DNA of 64,000 nt from Haliotis rufescens (lineage: Eukaryota), in NCBI RefSeq assembly GCF_023055435.1, contig NW_025964383.1, positions 17,360,001 through 17,424,000 of the forward strand. Reading direction: 5' to 3'. Made by a program: the position numbers and the translations under genes. Of this stretch, positions 12,011-25,000 are shown in pieces. The number at the start of each line of letters is the position of its first letter. Within the stretch, counting starts at the first letter, position 1. The notes under the pieces were generated by a model, which saw only the letters and a list, made by a program, of their open reading frames with translations, had not been told where the DNA came from and ran no database searches.

Positions 12011-13009
12011 GAGTTAAGAGTGGCGACTAGGGGTTGTCAAGTTGTGCCATTTATCATCAGAAGCGGCGTTTATCGAGAGGCTATATTTACATAAAGCTGG
12101 GTTCAAATTCGGTAATCTGAATAGTTGAGACAGTATCAGTTAGCGCCTGCAGACATACAGTTTTGTTTGGATTTAAAGGATTATGTATATTCCCCCTGTA
12201 CATCGGACATAACATATACCGATCAATGAAGTTAGGGATCATTGATATTTTGGGGGATTTGTAGTAAAGAGTTTCTTTAAACGTGTACGGTATATACAAA
12301 TAGTTCATGATCCCTAACGTTTTTTGTACCGTATGTATTCCCTGATTTATCTTAGACTCAGGCTATGCACATAATGGTCAGTGGTAAAGGCCATTTTTCC
12401 TAATTCTATTGGTAATAAAGACCACTTCGTTCCACTGTCTGTTCGTCAGGTGATAAATACCGGTACTTGATTTTCCCGTTTGCTTAAAAAGGCCCGTTCT
12501 CACCAATTCTCATGCTGTTAAAGGCTATATTTTCCCAATTCGCCATGTGATAAAGCTTATTTGTCTTATTTTCTTAGGTGACGAAGGCTAGTTCTTGTCC
12601 ATTCGTCAGGTGAAAAATGTTACCTTTGTCCCTTCATTGGAAGATAATACACGTTGTTGTCCCACTGATCATGTGATATAAGCCCATTCACACCAATACG
12701 GGCGAGCGCTGTGTGTGATATGACAACTTACATAATGCTGTCAGTAGATTGATATCCCATGCACTGGACAAGCTAGCAATGGCTAACAAAATTACCCATC
12801 ATCTTTAACTTGAAATACAAAGTGTAATATACAAATTCCTTTGCTTCTTCTTTCAAATACATTCTTAATTCTACCCGCATATAGTCTTCAAAGTGCTAAC
12901 ACTGAATGTTTATCAATATCACAGTCACTATAACTAAACTGTTTGCACCGACATTAATTACACATTAATTACATGTTGTTGGTTCGCATACAATAACCTA
13001 AACAGACTG

Positions 13010-13117
13010 AAGAGTGCCAGTTGACCCTGATCCGCGCCGATTATGATCCTTGGACTGACAACAGTACCCGTCCACGTGGTTTTCACAAAAGTTGGTTAAC
13101 CATGACCTGTGCTTCAC
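13010..13117 (+). mobile_element. Fragment of a further SINE-like repeat (family E; second copy ~15311-15438)
   Basis: Shared AAGAGTGCC...GATTATGATCCTTGGACTGACAAC...CATGACCTGTGCTTCAC. Confidence 0.55.
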
Positions 13118-13454
13118 ATAGATATACTATTCCACATTTAAAGATGAGTGAGTGAGTGAGTGTGGGATCTGTATGTGTGTGATTGGCTGCCTGGAGGTGG
13201 TGTCATACAAATTGTATCCCATATTGCCATTGATCAGGATCATGTTCAGCTTTATTTAGGAATGGAAAGGACACAATAAAGGAATGGACACAATTCGAGC
13301 CACCAGCTGCTCAACTCACTCACTCACTCACTCACTCACTCGTGGTTTATCGACATTGATATGTGATCACAGTGGAAGTCCACTTTATACAACAAACAAT
13401 CATGATAATGGACTGAGTGTCTTTGTTTGATCACATATATAGATATCTCACATT

Positions 13455-13584
13455 NNNNNNNNNNNNNNNNNNNNNNNNNNNNNNNNNNNNNNNNNNNNNN
13501 NNNNNNNNNNNNNNNNNNNNNNNNNNNNNNNNNNNNNNNNNNNNNNNNNNNNNNNNNNNNNNNNNNNNNNNNNNNNNNNNNNNN
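13455..13584. other. Assembly gap (N run)
   Basis: Ns. Confidence 1.
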
Positions 13585-13906
13585 AGGCATCACGTTACAT
13601 ATCACTAAATTTGCATCAAGTCAAAATGAAAGGCAGTTCTCTCCTCAGGAGCATCTGGAGGGTTCCGTAGTTGGAGAGTGTTGTCGTGGCAACAGAGATA
13701 GTTTCCTAGAAGTACAAATGTAAATTAGATATGGCTACTGATACAAGGATAAATCAAATTCATCATGTATTAAGTGTATGTTTGCAGTTTGCAGAGATGA
13801 TGAAGAGAAAGTGTGTGTGACAACAAACGTAACTGTTTCCCCTTTTAGTGAAATGTTCGGGACAGAAAAAACATATACTAATATTTAGTACAATTGTTAG
13901 GGAGAT

Positions 13907-14115
13907 GGGGCACGGGTGGCCCAGTCGTCTAAGGCGCCGCGATTCGCTGTCCTTTGGGCACGCCAGAAACCTATGATTGTGGGTTCGAGTCCCGGTTCGC
14001 CCCGATTATGTTTCTAGGTTTGTCAGCACCATAACCGTGTTCATGGGTTTCACAGATGTGGTAAACATCTGAGACCTGCATCACTTCTGGCGTTCAACCC
14101 AACTCATCCGCTCAC
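13907..14115 (+). mobile_element. SINE family A (internally deleted)
   Basis: GGGGCACGGGTGGCCCAGTCGTCTAAGGCG head, GGTTCGAGTCC B box. Confidence 0.85.
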
Positions 14116-14862
14116 TGTTGGGAAGATTTATTTATTTCTAACCAAATACATGGACGCCAGTCACTCACTTGGACAAAAAATTCCTCAAACAAATAATTGT
14201 AGACGAAAGGTTTGCATTACATTTTAACAAACCGTACGGTATCTTACTTTTGACGCTGAACTTGATTCAAATAACTGGGTTACCTGGAAATTTGACACTT
14301 TGGAACACCACATAGCTCACATCCTTTTCAAATTCCTGCGAAATAAGGAAGTGGCGTCCATCTTGAAACGCGGTTGACGGGAGAGAGCTGTGGTCCTATA
14401 AATAAAAAATAAGTATTTCGTTAGTTTATCCTAGCACATTGGTAAAATCAATAGTTTCTTGAAAGTAGTGATTGGCACGTACAAAACAGTAATAATACTC
14501 TATTGGTAATAACCATACGAAATAGTTTACCAACAACTCGACTGTTCCGTCTGCACGTGCTGTGACGTCATACACGTGACCCTTAACCTCGTGACTGAAG
14601 GTGATGGTCATCACTGGAGGCATCTGTGTTTCTGAAATGCTCGTGCAGGACAGGAAAGTCTCTGAAAAGTAGAACAAATTTATCTAATTAGGAATTAACT
14701 GTTGTGAGTTGCTGATTGTTGCGTCACGCCGCTTTCAGCACTATTCCAGCATTATCACGGCGGGGGCTACCAAAATGGGATTCACACATCGTGCCCATGT
14801 GGGGAAACCCGAGCCTTCAGCGTGACGACTGAACACCCTAACATCCCTTTATATATAGTAGG

Positions 14863-15216
14863 ACCGCCTCCGTGGTCTAATGGTAGAGCGTCCGCCCGGA
14901 GAGCGGAAAGTCCGGGGTTCGATCCCCGACCGCGTTATACCCAAAGACGTTAAAAGATGGTACTTGTTGTAACCCTGCCTGGCGCTCGGCATTAAGGGGC
15001 TAAAACAAGGACTGGTCGGCTCGGAGTCAGTATACTGTGTCTGAGTGGGATATTCATGTTAAACTGCGGCATGGTATCTCAGTGAGCTAGCACTATTAAT
15101 CGGCATCAGTCCAGACTAGTACAAGCAGCCACACAAACACACACACGTACATGCACGTGGCTATATAAGTGCAATAATCTTGGACGCGACGTTAAACCCC
15201 ATTTCACCTCACCACC
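14863..15216 (+). mobile_element. SINE family C (Meta/MESC-like core), full length
   Basis: tRNA-like head, AAAGACGTTAAAAGATGGTAC core, 14-bp TSD TTATATATAGTAGG at 14849-14862 and 15217-15230. Confidence 0.9.
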
Positions 15217-15228
15217 TTATATATAGTA

Positions 15229-15630
15229 GGTGAGGTGAAATTGGGTTTAACGTCGCGTCCAAGGTTATTGCACTTATTTTCGACGTGTATGCAGTAACCT
15301 CAACAGAATAAAGAGTGCCGGTTGACGCTGATCGGGGGTTCGTATCCCATATCCGCGCCGATTATGATCCTTGGACTGACAACGGTACCGTTCACGTGGG
15401 TTTCACAAACGTCGGCTCACCATGACCTGTGCTTCACTGCTTGTACAAGTCCGGAATCAAACACAGTATACTGTGCCGACCAATACTTGTTTTTTCCCCT
15501 TAATGACGAGCGCCAGACAGGGTAACAACAAGTACCATCATTTTGAGTCTTTTGGTATGACGCGGCGGGGATCGAACCCCGGACCTTCTGCTCTCTGGGC
15601 GGACGCTCTACCACTAAAACACGGAGGCAG
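15229..15630 (-). mobile_element. SINE family C, inverted; middle replaced by a family E fragment
   Basis: Reverse-complement tail at 15229-15290 and head at 15440-15630. Confidence 0.8.
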
Positions 15631-17625
15631 TCCTGTATATAGTCATGCCAATGCAGCAGAATAATTGGTTTGTTTCAAAGACAACTGTACACCATTGAGC
15701 GTGCTAACATTGTTCAAGCATTTTCCACCTTATGTTTTTTCATTTCAGAGCACATGCTGGATTGTTCGAGACAAACTATTCTTTTCAATCGATCTCGACG
15801 CAAGAATCCATGTTTTTATAATCATTTATTAATTTATTAAATTTAAAGAAAAGTGGGACATGTGTGTTTCGCAAGCCATCCTTTACCTGAGAAATTCAAT
15901 ATTACGTGACTATTAAAAACTAATATAATAACAAAAAATATCCACCAAAAGTATCGATCAATGAAAACATTTCTATACAAAATCAAGTTGATATCTCATG
16001 CTTACCTAAATTACCTCACACCACACATGGCCAAGAGCGATAAAACCCAGCACGTTAGCCTTCAATCAGTGCTAGAGTATAATGAAAGTCCTTTACGTGT
16101 TACTATACCAATAAAAATCAAGTCTTTGGCAATGTTAAAGCAATATATCAGAGATACAAGTATGACTGTAGCTCAAATCCTCGACCCACCCAGCATTGAC
16201 AACTACATTAAACATTTTCCAACGACTGGGTGACGGAAAATGGGTAATGGTCGAGCCTTGGACAAACGAGTGGTTGATAGCATGATCAACGATGACGCAA
16301 AACTACATCACACAAGCTTTTACTGGATCCTCATCGACAACTTCTATATTCTTAGGACCTAGACATCCCCGGAATCCACACCTGTACATAACTAAAACGA
16401 ATCTGAAATCTGAATCACAGTAAGAGTAAGTGACTAAATAGAGTTTTACGCCGCGTTTGACCCTTTTTCAGCAACAACACGATGTAAGAACACCAGTAAT
16501 AGGCTTCAAACGTGCGGGAATAAAACCCGAGTGTTCTGCTTGTCGAGCGATCGCATTTAACCACAAACCACGAACGTTACCTCCAACACAAACAGCTTAC
16601 CACGTATTCTCTGTTTCTGATCTGCTCCGGTGACAAACGTGAGGCGAGGTGGATCCCCTACAGCAGACAGATGCTGGTTACTACGCGTACTGATAAGTAC
16701 ATTCGATGTCTGTGGCGCCGACATCGGTTGGTGTTTGACGAAAACTGCTTGAGTAACACGCCACGTCTACAGGACAACACAGAATGAAATAGTTCAAACG
16801 TACGCTAAACATACATGCGGAAGTCGCTTATCAATAACGCATACCTGATGTACCGAGTAAAAGCTATTTCAGGGCAATACTGTCGTCATTTACGACGTTG
16901 AACAAACGCTAGCCATTGGCTGAGATACCAATGCAATTGGTAACACACGACGTATTAGGCATTCACACATAAACATGTAGAGAGCAGTAAATTCTTCAAG
17001 TGTTCCAAGGAATACCAACCACTGAGCTGCACTTCGGAGAACATCGACTGCCTGTAATAGAAAGTTTACTAAGAAATTTCGTCAGATTTATTAATAGATG
17101 TTACGCAGTACGTTTAATGTAGGTTACGACAGGTGCGTGTATGTACTGTCACGAAAGTGTATATATACCGTGCAGTTGTATCTTGATGTCTATAAATAAC
17201 CATGACTGTAGCCTGTGACCTACTTAGACACACATATACGATACATGCTATGAGGGCTCGGGCGTTGCTGGTGTTCAAGTATCGACAACACTTCTCTGTA
17301 TGTTGCATTTATTGATTGTGAAATGTATTACCAATTATATAAATTTAAATTTTGAATATAAAAATACATATTAAATAAATCAAAACGCATTATAAACATA
17401 CATACAGGCGCACACACACATAAATATATTTATATCAAAATATATATATATGCATATACATAACACACAAGTAAACACGATACACGCACGCACGCACGCA
17501 CGCACGCGCGCGTAAAGCTGTGAGAGAACAATAGCTTCCCAACAGGCATCTGTCCACTGTCCGAAACCATATTGGTTGAAGTCGCGAAGGGTCATCAGAC
17601 GTCCCTTGTTAAATGCTCGTCGTCA

Positions 17626-17930
17626 GAGTGAGTGAGTGAGTGAGTGAGTGAGTGAGTGAGTGAGTGAGTGAGGTTTAACGCCGCTTGTAACAGTATTCCA
17701 GTTATATCACGGCATGTCAGCTTAATGTGAGAGGAAAGCCCGATGCAGGTCTCAGACGTTTACCACTTCGGTGAAACCCACGAGCACAGTATGGTGCTGA
17801 CAAACCTAGAAACATAATCGGGGCGAACCGGGATTCGAACCCACAATCAAAGGTTTCTGGCGTGTCCAAAGGACGCAACTCTGCACAACGAATCACGGCG
17901 CCTTAAACGACGAGGCCACCAGTGCCCCAC
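17626..17930 (-). mobile_element. SINE family A inserted into a Tc1 fragment (17520-17960)
   Basis: (GAGT)n tail, full core and head; flanks match the Tc1 remnant at 19423-19580. Confidence 0.85.
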
Positions 17931-18349
17931 CCATCGTCAGTGTATGGATCGACGTCACTCGTGTAATCTACTTTGACCTCTCAACAACTCTTCCTTGTAT
18001 AACTTATATCCGCTCATATCATATCATTTGTTTGAAGCCTGTAATCGATCAGTCAAGATTAGATATTAGCCGGATTTAACAGACTGAGTATTACAGCAGC
18101 ACTTCAATTTCCTCATTTCAAGTGTTTGTTCTTTTACTGCGTATCTAAAACGGTTGCTCGGTTATAAAAGTCAGCTCGGTCATTCAATGAAAATGATGCA
18201 GGATATATGAATTAATAAATAGTACTATATTCATTTGAAACATAAAGGTGTATATACACCTAGAAATTAATTAAGAACCCTTGACAAAATGAAGAACAGT
18301 TATTAAATTCAAGTTTCATGATACTCATTCATTGAATGGCTGTCGGTCT

Positions 18350-18949
18350 GGTGAGGTGAGGTGAAATGGGGTTTAACGTCGCGTCCAAGATTATTGCACT
18401 TATATAGCGACGTGCATGTACGTGTGTGTGTTTGTGTGGCTGCTTGTACTAGTTCGGACTCTGCACAACGAATGTAGGTTACGACAGGTGCGTGCATGTA
18501 CTGTCACGAAAGTGTATATATACCGTGCTGTTGTATATTGATGTCTATAAATAACCATGACTGTAGCATGTTACCTACTTAGATAAACATATACGATACA
18601 TGCTATGAGGGCTCGGGCGTTGCTGGTGTTCAAGTATCGACAACACAGCGACAGCGACGTGCATGTACGTGTGTGTGTTTGTGTGGCTGCTTGTACTAGT
18701 CCGGACTGATGCCCATTTATAGTGCTAGCTCACTGAGATACCATGCCGCAGTTTAACATGAATATCCCACTCAGACACAGTATACTGACTCCGAGCCGAC
18801 CAGTCCTTGTTTTAGCCCCTTAATGTCGAGCGCCAGACAGGGTAACAAGTACCATCTTTTAACGTCTTATGGTATGACGCGGTCGGGGATCGAACCCCGG
18901 ACCTTCCGCTCTCCGGGCGGACGCTCTACCACTAGACCACGGAGGCGGT
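18350..18949 (-). mobile_element. SINE family C with a complex internal insertion/duplication
   Basis: Reverse complement of 14863-15216 plus foreign sequence at 18461-18652. Confidence 0.9.
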
Positions 18950-19056
18950 TTGGAGTATAGTCATGACAATAACTGACTGTGTCGCCCAAACACACAGACA
19001 CATGAACGTGAAGCATGATACCTTCGAGTTTCAGGAAAAGTACTTTGATATTGATG

Positions 19057-19283
19057 CGGGGCGGTCGGGTTGCCTAGTGGTTAAAACGTTCGCACGTCAC
19101 GCCGGGTTCGATTCCCGACATGGGTACAATGTGTGAAGCCCATTTCTGGTGTCCCCCGCCGTGATATTGCTGGAATATTGCTAAAAGCGTCGTAAAACCA
19201 TACTCACTCACTCACTCACTCCTTACCCGGGTCTTCGGCGTGACGAGCGAACGCTTTAACCACTAGGCTACCCGACCGCCCCA
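19057..19283. mobile_element. SINE family B (tRNA-Asp-like head) 19057-19220 (+), followed by an inverted head fragment 19226-19283 (-)
   Basis: GGGGCGGTCGGGT...GTCACGCC...GGTTCGATTCCC...(ACTC)n. Confidence 0.9.
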
Positions 19284-19284
19284 G

Positions 19285-19670
19285 ACTCGTAAGGAGAAGA
19301 CACCGACAGACACGTGAAGTAAAGAATCGTCCATGACCAGGGCCACCCCTAAAAACAACTGTACGTGAAGACAGTGCTCTAGCACGCCTTGTGAGGTGGC
19401 AACCCTTTGCTTCTAGTGAAGATGTGAGAGAACAATACCTTCCCAACAGGCATCTGTCCACCAGAACTGTCCGTAACCGGCGAAACCATATGGGTTAAGT
19501 CACGAGGGGTCATCAGACGTAACTTGTTAAATGCTCATCGTTAAAGACTTCGACTGGAGTAGTGTATGGCCCGACGTCATTGGAATCTCAGGACGTGGCT
19601 ACGGATTCATTGGTCAGATGAAAGCAGATTCTTGCTGCACGTCATAGATGGGCGAATGTGGGCATGAAGC
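19285..19670 (+). pseudogene. Tc1 transposase fragment
   Basis: TTVREDSALARLVRWQPF...LSTRTVRNR...WNLRTWLRIHWSDESRFLLHV with stops; paralogous to 31989-32987. Confidence 0.85.
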
Positions 19671-19930
19671 GGACTTTGTTGATGCATGTCATCTTATTAT
19701 CCCATTTGCGCTAATCGATGCTCTTGACGTCAATCATTAAATTGCCTGGTCAAGGCTCGATTATTCACAGACCAACGTTATATTGCAATACGTGATTATT
19801 TGCTTTGAAATGTCTAATTAATAAACTCTCTAATAATCTACATAAATCCTTTCCTTTAGAACAATTGCAAAATAGAAAATAAATTACATCTTTCGACCTA
19901 CGTTTATTTATTTTTTTATTTATTTATTTA

Positions 19931-20100
19931 GGACGGTAGGGTAGCCTAGTGGTTAAAGCATTCGCTCGTTACGCCGAAGACCCGGGTTCGATTCCCGACA
20001 AGGGTACAATGTGTGAAGCCCATTTCTGGTGTCCCCCGCCGTGATATTGCTGGAATATTGCAAAAAGCGGCGTAAAACCATACTCACTCACTCACTCACT
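19931..20100 (+). mobile_element. SINE family B
   Basis: Matches the family consensus; inserted in (TTTA)n. Confidence 0.9.
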
Positions 20101-20179
20101 ATTTATTTATTTATTTAAGGTGGGATTGTTTGAAATCCTAGTCATGTGTTTACAGCTAACTGTGTCTGGCATGTATTTA

Positions 20180-20400
20180 TGTTTGTTTGTTTGTTGTTTT
20201 ACGCCGCACCAATATTCCAGCTATATGACGGCGGTCTGTAAATAATCGAGTCTGGACCAGACAATGCAAAGACATGCTTCAACCAAGTCAGCAAGCCTGA
20301 CCACCCGATCCCGTTCGTCGCCTCTTGCGACAATCATAGTCGCTTTTTACGGCAAGCATCGGTTGCTGAAGACCTATTCTCACCTGGATCTTCACGGGTC
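20180..20400 (-). mobile_element. SINE family D (Nin/Deu-like core, 3' part)
   Basis: Reverse complement of GACCCGTGAAGATCC...GTCGCAAGAGGCGAC...TGGTCCAGACTCGATTATTTACAGACCGCCG tail. Confidence 0.8.
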
Positions 20401-20936
20401 ATTTGATGTCTGAATTAGCGTGCATTGTGGACGTAAACAAACATGCATGGCGTGATTGCGTTCCTACCCCTCAAAGACGGTACAACACATAAAATACGTT
20501 GTATTATCCGACACTGTAAATGCAACGGAAACGCCGATGTGAAATCGATAACTGATACAGAAAACCCATTAACCCACTGACAAAGTCCAGTGAACGTACC
20601 AACAGTTTCGTAACTCATTGCATAACTGAAGTTAGAATATTCGATAAAGCTTCAACCACCTGCTGTCTTAGTGCCGCGTCTTGACTGGATGGCAGATGTT
20701 TTACAGTTTAACCATTTTGTCAAAGCGGGTTGTGTTACATTTAGCTCGAGTCCTTGGACTCTAAACAGGAAACGGTAAGACCTCTTTGTCTTCTGACTGT
20801 GACTTCCCATACTTACCTTTTCGATCATTATTTTGTTTATCGAAATAGGAAAACTATTTAGGCTTTTTCTATGCAACTTTCGTTGTCAAAAACATATGCG
20901 TGTGCATGAACGAGTTAACATGTTTCATGTATATGT

Positions 20937-21109
20937 GGGGGCGGTCGGGTATCCTAGTGGTTAAAGCGTTCGCTCGTCACGCCGAAGACCCGGGTTCTAT
21001 TCCCGACATGGGTACAATGTGTGAAGACAATTTCTGGTGTCCCCCGCCGTAATATTGCTGGAATATTGCTAAAAGCGGCGTAAAACCATACTCACTCACT
21101 CTCTCACTC
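20937..21109 (+). mobile_element. SINE family B
   Basis: Consensus match with (ACTC)n tail. Confidence 0.9.
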
Positions 21110-22017
21110 ATGTGTGTGTGTGTGTTTGCGTGTATACACTCGTTCTATTCACAGTGTATGACTACGGCTTGAAATTAATTGCATTGACCAGATAAACCAG
21201 TGATTGACATTATGAGCAACGATCCACACCTTTGGGGCACGATGACATGTGAATCAGTCCTCGCTAGGGGAGTCCTCCTTATGAATAACGCAGGAGTTTG
21301 TGCTGTATACTGCAAGTGGAATCGCTTGAGCAGGGAAGAAATACAGGGTTATCTATTTTAATATTTAAGATAATATTTAATATTATTTGCCTGTGTCAGC
21401 ATCTTTCCCACGCTGAGAGAGCTGAACTTTGGCGTGCGTGTTTCTTTGGATGATATCCTATTTTGTCCACAGAAAGAATTTAGTCTTAGTGTCAAGTCCA
21501 CAGCATTTAAGAAGAACTATTTAACATCAATGGTGACAGCATATATTTTTCAAGTGGCCGTTTTGTGTTGACATTTAAAACTGTTAAATGCATATCCAGC
21601 TGAGCTATGACGCCGTTGCTCTATTTCTAAACATTTCTTTTGTGGTTCCTGTTGCGTTTGTTTCAACGTTATTTTCAATTCAGAAGTTTGTTGTGACCCG
21701 TTCTGACGACCAGCAATATAATACGTGATTATTTACTATGAAATGTCTCATAAATGAACTCTGTCATTTTTTACTTTTATGTGTATCCTTTAGAACAATT
21801 GCAAAAGCTTGAGATGGTAAAGAAATCTTTCGACCTACGTGTAATTATTTATTTGTTATATTTGTTTAAAAGTGATCAGTAACAGCATTTGATTTTCTAT
21901 TTGGTTGCAATTAAAACTTTACCAATTCGATTATTTCTTACACTGTTCTTGTGGTGAACATTTGCTGGATTGTTTCTACATTATACAGGAAGACCGCTAC
22001 ACCTCACAGAGCTAACC

Positions 22018-25000
22018 ATGAGGCTTCAAGAGAAGAGGTACCCTCTACTGATACTGCTTATTCCCGTGTGGTTCAGTTCTGCTGAAAGAAGACGTGTTCC
22101 TTTTAAGAACTGCCTTTCAACAAGAACTGACAATGACTTCACCACAATCAAGCCGGCCAGAAGTAGGATCGAGTGTTCTGTGATCTGTCTGAATGAGCCG
22201 GACTGTCTGTCAGCCTCCTACTGCAAGACTACCGATGGCTACGCCTGTCACCTGAGCGGAATGTATTCAGACGGGAACTGTTCCGGGCTTGTTGAGGATG
22301 GGAACTGCACTGTGACTGTACTTGTGAGTTATCTTTTGCTTTTGTGCAAAATCATAAGTTTGTCTAAACTTCCAGAATCCGGTGTATCAAATCTAAATCC
22401 AATGATCATTTTTCAAGTGATTTGATGTAGTTAAGGCCCTTTTTTGTTACAATATAGATTTTGATTATTAAGCAAATCTTCGTCGTCTAAGGCGCCGCGA
22501 TTCGCTGTGCAGAGTTGCGTCCCTTGGGCATGCCAGAAACCTATGATTGTGGGTTCGAATCCCGGTTCGCCCCAATTATGTTTCAAGGTTTGTCAGCACC
22601 ATACCCGTGCTCGTGGGTTTCACCGAAGTGGTAAACGTCTTAGACCTGCATCACTTCGGGCTTTCCTCTCACATTAAGCTGACACGCCGTGATATAACTG
22701 GAATACTGTTAAAAGCTACGTCAAACCCAACTCACTCACTCACTCACTCACTCACTCAACTTATCCTGGCTAACCAAGTTTTCGGTCCGCACGACATTGA
22801 ATCTAACTGATGTCAATACATCGATACATTAATTCGTTTGGCCTTTGATCCATATTCAGTCTCCACAAGGTGTAGAAATATGACTGTTATAAGTTCGCGT
22901 GATAGTGTTAATGGGTTTCACGTATGGTTACTAAAGAAATATGTGTTTTTGTTTGTTGTTAGCTACACAAACTTCAATGCCTTCAATGTCTGTGAAAACA
23001 TAGGCGGTGACCAATGAGACAACAGACAAACGACCTTGACCATGTCTTTAAGAAATAAAGTTTGCTCTACCCCCATGTAATTAAGAAATAAACGACTTGT
23101 GGTCGGTGTATTTAGTACAATAAAACACTGCAGGAGCATAAACACCTCGGGGCTGCACATTGTATCTATTATAGTTGAAGTACGAGGACGATTGCACTCC
23201 GGCGCAGTGGAGACACAGCATAACACCAATGCCTCAGGTTAATTTGCATATCACGTGACCGCACTTTTCTCTTGTTTGTAAACAAACGCGCTTTTTCAGA
23301 AATCAGTATTGAACGGACTAATGCAAGTATTTGGAGGCGCTTTACATATTGTTTTGCATAATTATATAGATATGCTACTACAACTGCGACAGTGAGTTGC
23401 ATGACGTTATATATTTATGCATCAAAGTGACCGTATCGCTAGCTCTCCGTTGGGCTTCGATGACAGCACGTGGAGCCGTACAACCAATGTAAACAAACGA
23501 TAACTACGCAAAAACAAGTAGATATTCACGTATTTGCGTACTTTCTTAATGAACCGTAACCACTCTTTGACATTTGTTTATGACAATGTGTAGACTTGTC
23601 AAACATGAAACGGATGAATAGCATATGCAATATCTTGAATGAACCGTTAAAGATGTGACGAATCGTCACATGGCGCTGGCCTGTGGCAGCAGTACTATGC
23701 TGGCTGGCTGCCGGCCGCATGGAACTCTGGGTAGGATAGTGCCGAGTACTTTGACGTTATAATAGTTCCCGGCAAAACTTTACTTTCTTATTCTATATAA
23801 GATACCTACGCGGTAAGCTCAAAGAACAATGAAGAACGAAGCGTTTTTCATTTCACGATAAAACATTGTTCCATCAAGACGTCATTTCTGGAGATTCGGA
23901 CATGCGATCGCAACTTGATAGATGTAGCTGGGCACCGTAGATAAACGCAATGGCCGAACGGTCGTTTCCAAAAGTGGGAGAGATATGACAATCGGTATTG
24001 GGAGAAAAGGAACAGATAATCGACGAGAAAAGTGTGAGAATATGCTGGAAAGACTAAATTTAACCCCCTGTTCATAGAATGGACTTGTCCGACATTTCCG
24101 CGGTCAACTCCATGCAGGGAGTCATCATTATTGAAATTCGGGTAAATATTTTTAAGGCGTGTATCCTTAACGAGGCTCACGTAAAGTTGATATCTCATAT
24201 AAGAAATAAACGACTCGTGGTCGTTGTTTATCGTACACTAAAACACTGCAGGGAGAATAAACCATGAGGGGCGCAGCTCGTCCTTTATTTCTTAATCAAG
24301 GGGGTAGAGCAAACTAGTTTACTTTTCTTAGAATCTGCCGAATTTATAATTTAACCTTGTGTTTTATTTGAGATGGGTTTAAAAAGAAACTTGAGCTCGG
24401 CCCTCTGACAGGTATAACTGCCAAGCCGTTCCACCTATAACCTTACGTTGAGAGAAAATTAAAGCACTTTTAGCCGAATAAAACACGACTACAATGGGTA
24501 GTTAATGGTTTAATTAAGCCCCACTTTATTATAAGAAGGATTAATATTTACGTTTTTATAATAATTTGGTTCAGTTTAATCATTTGACTCGAAACATTCC
24601 ACACGTTCATTGTTGGGCCGAGGTAACGCGAGTAAACAAACCGACGTTCCGTGTCTCTGGTTATTGTGAGTTGAGATGTTTTCTGTCGTGAAAGTTGCAA
24701 CTTGTTACCCCGATGATGTCAGCAGACTTTAGCAACTGCAAGCCATAAAAAAATGTGCCTCTGGTTATTGTGAGTTGAGGTGTTTTCTGTCGTGAAAGTT
24801 GCAACTTGTTACCCCGATGATGTCAGCAGAATGTAGCAACTGCAAGCCATGAAAAAGTCTGCCTCCCCAGTTGGTTGCACTGCATGCTACCCTGAATCGA
24901 CATGAATGCCCGATAGTGAGCAGCCGGTGTACATGTGTCATGAAAGTCTTCATGAATTGCTCATGCCTGTGTCATCATGAATTGCTCATGTCTGTCATCA

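Noticed and set aside
12375-12695. Possible decayed ~30-bp tandem repeat (TTCGTCAGGTGA-like)
   Set aside because: Too degenerate to define a unit by eye.
13336-13723. ORFs spanning N runs (also ~48.0-48.4, 54.2-54.5 and 59.1-59.4 kb)
   Set aside because: Artefacts of the gaps.
15961-16370. Possible decayed coding fragment
   Set aside because: No recognisable motif or splice structure.
19931-20005. tRNA genes (Asp- or Leu-like heads)
   Set aside because: All continue into SINE cores and tails, often with TSDs, and lack intact cloverleaves.
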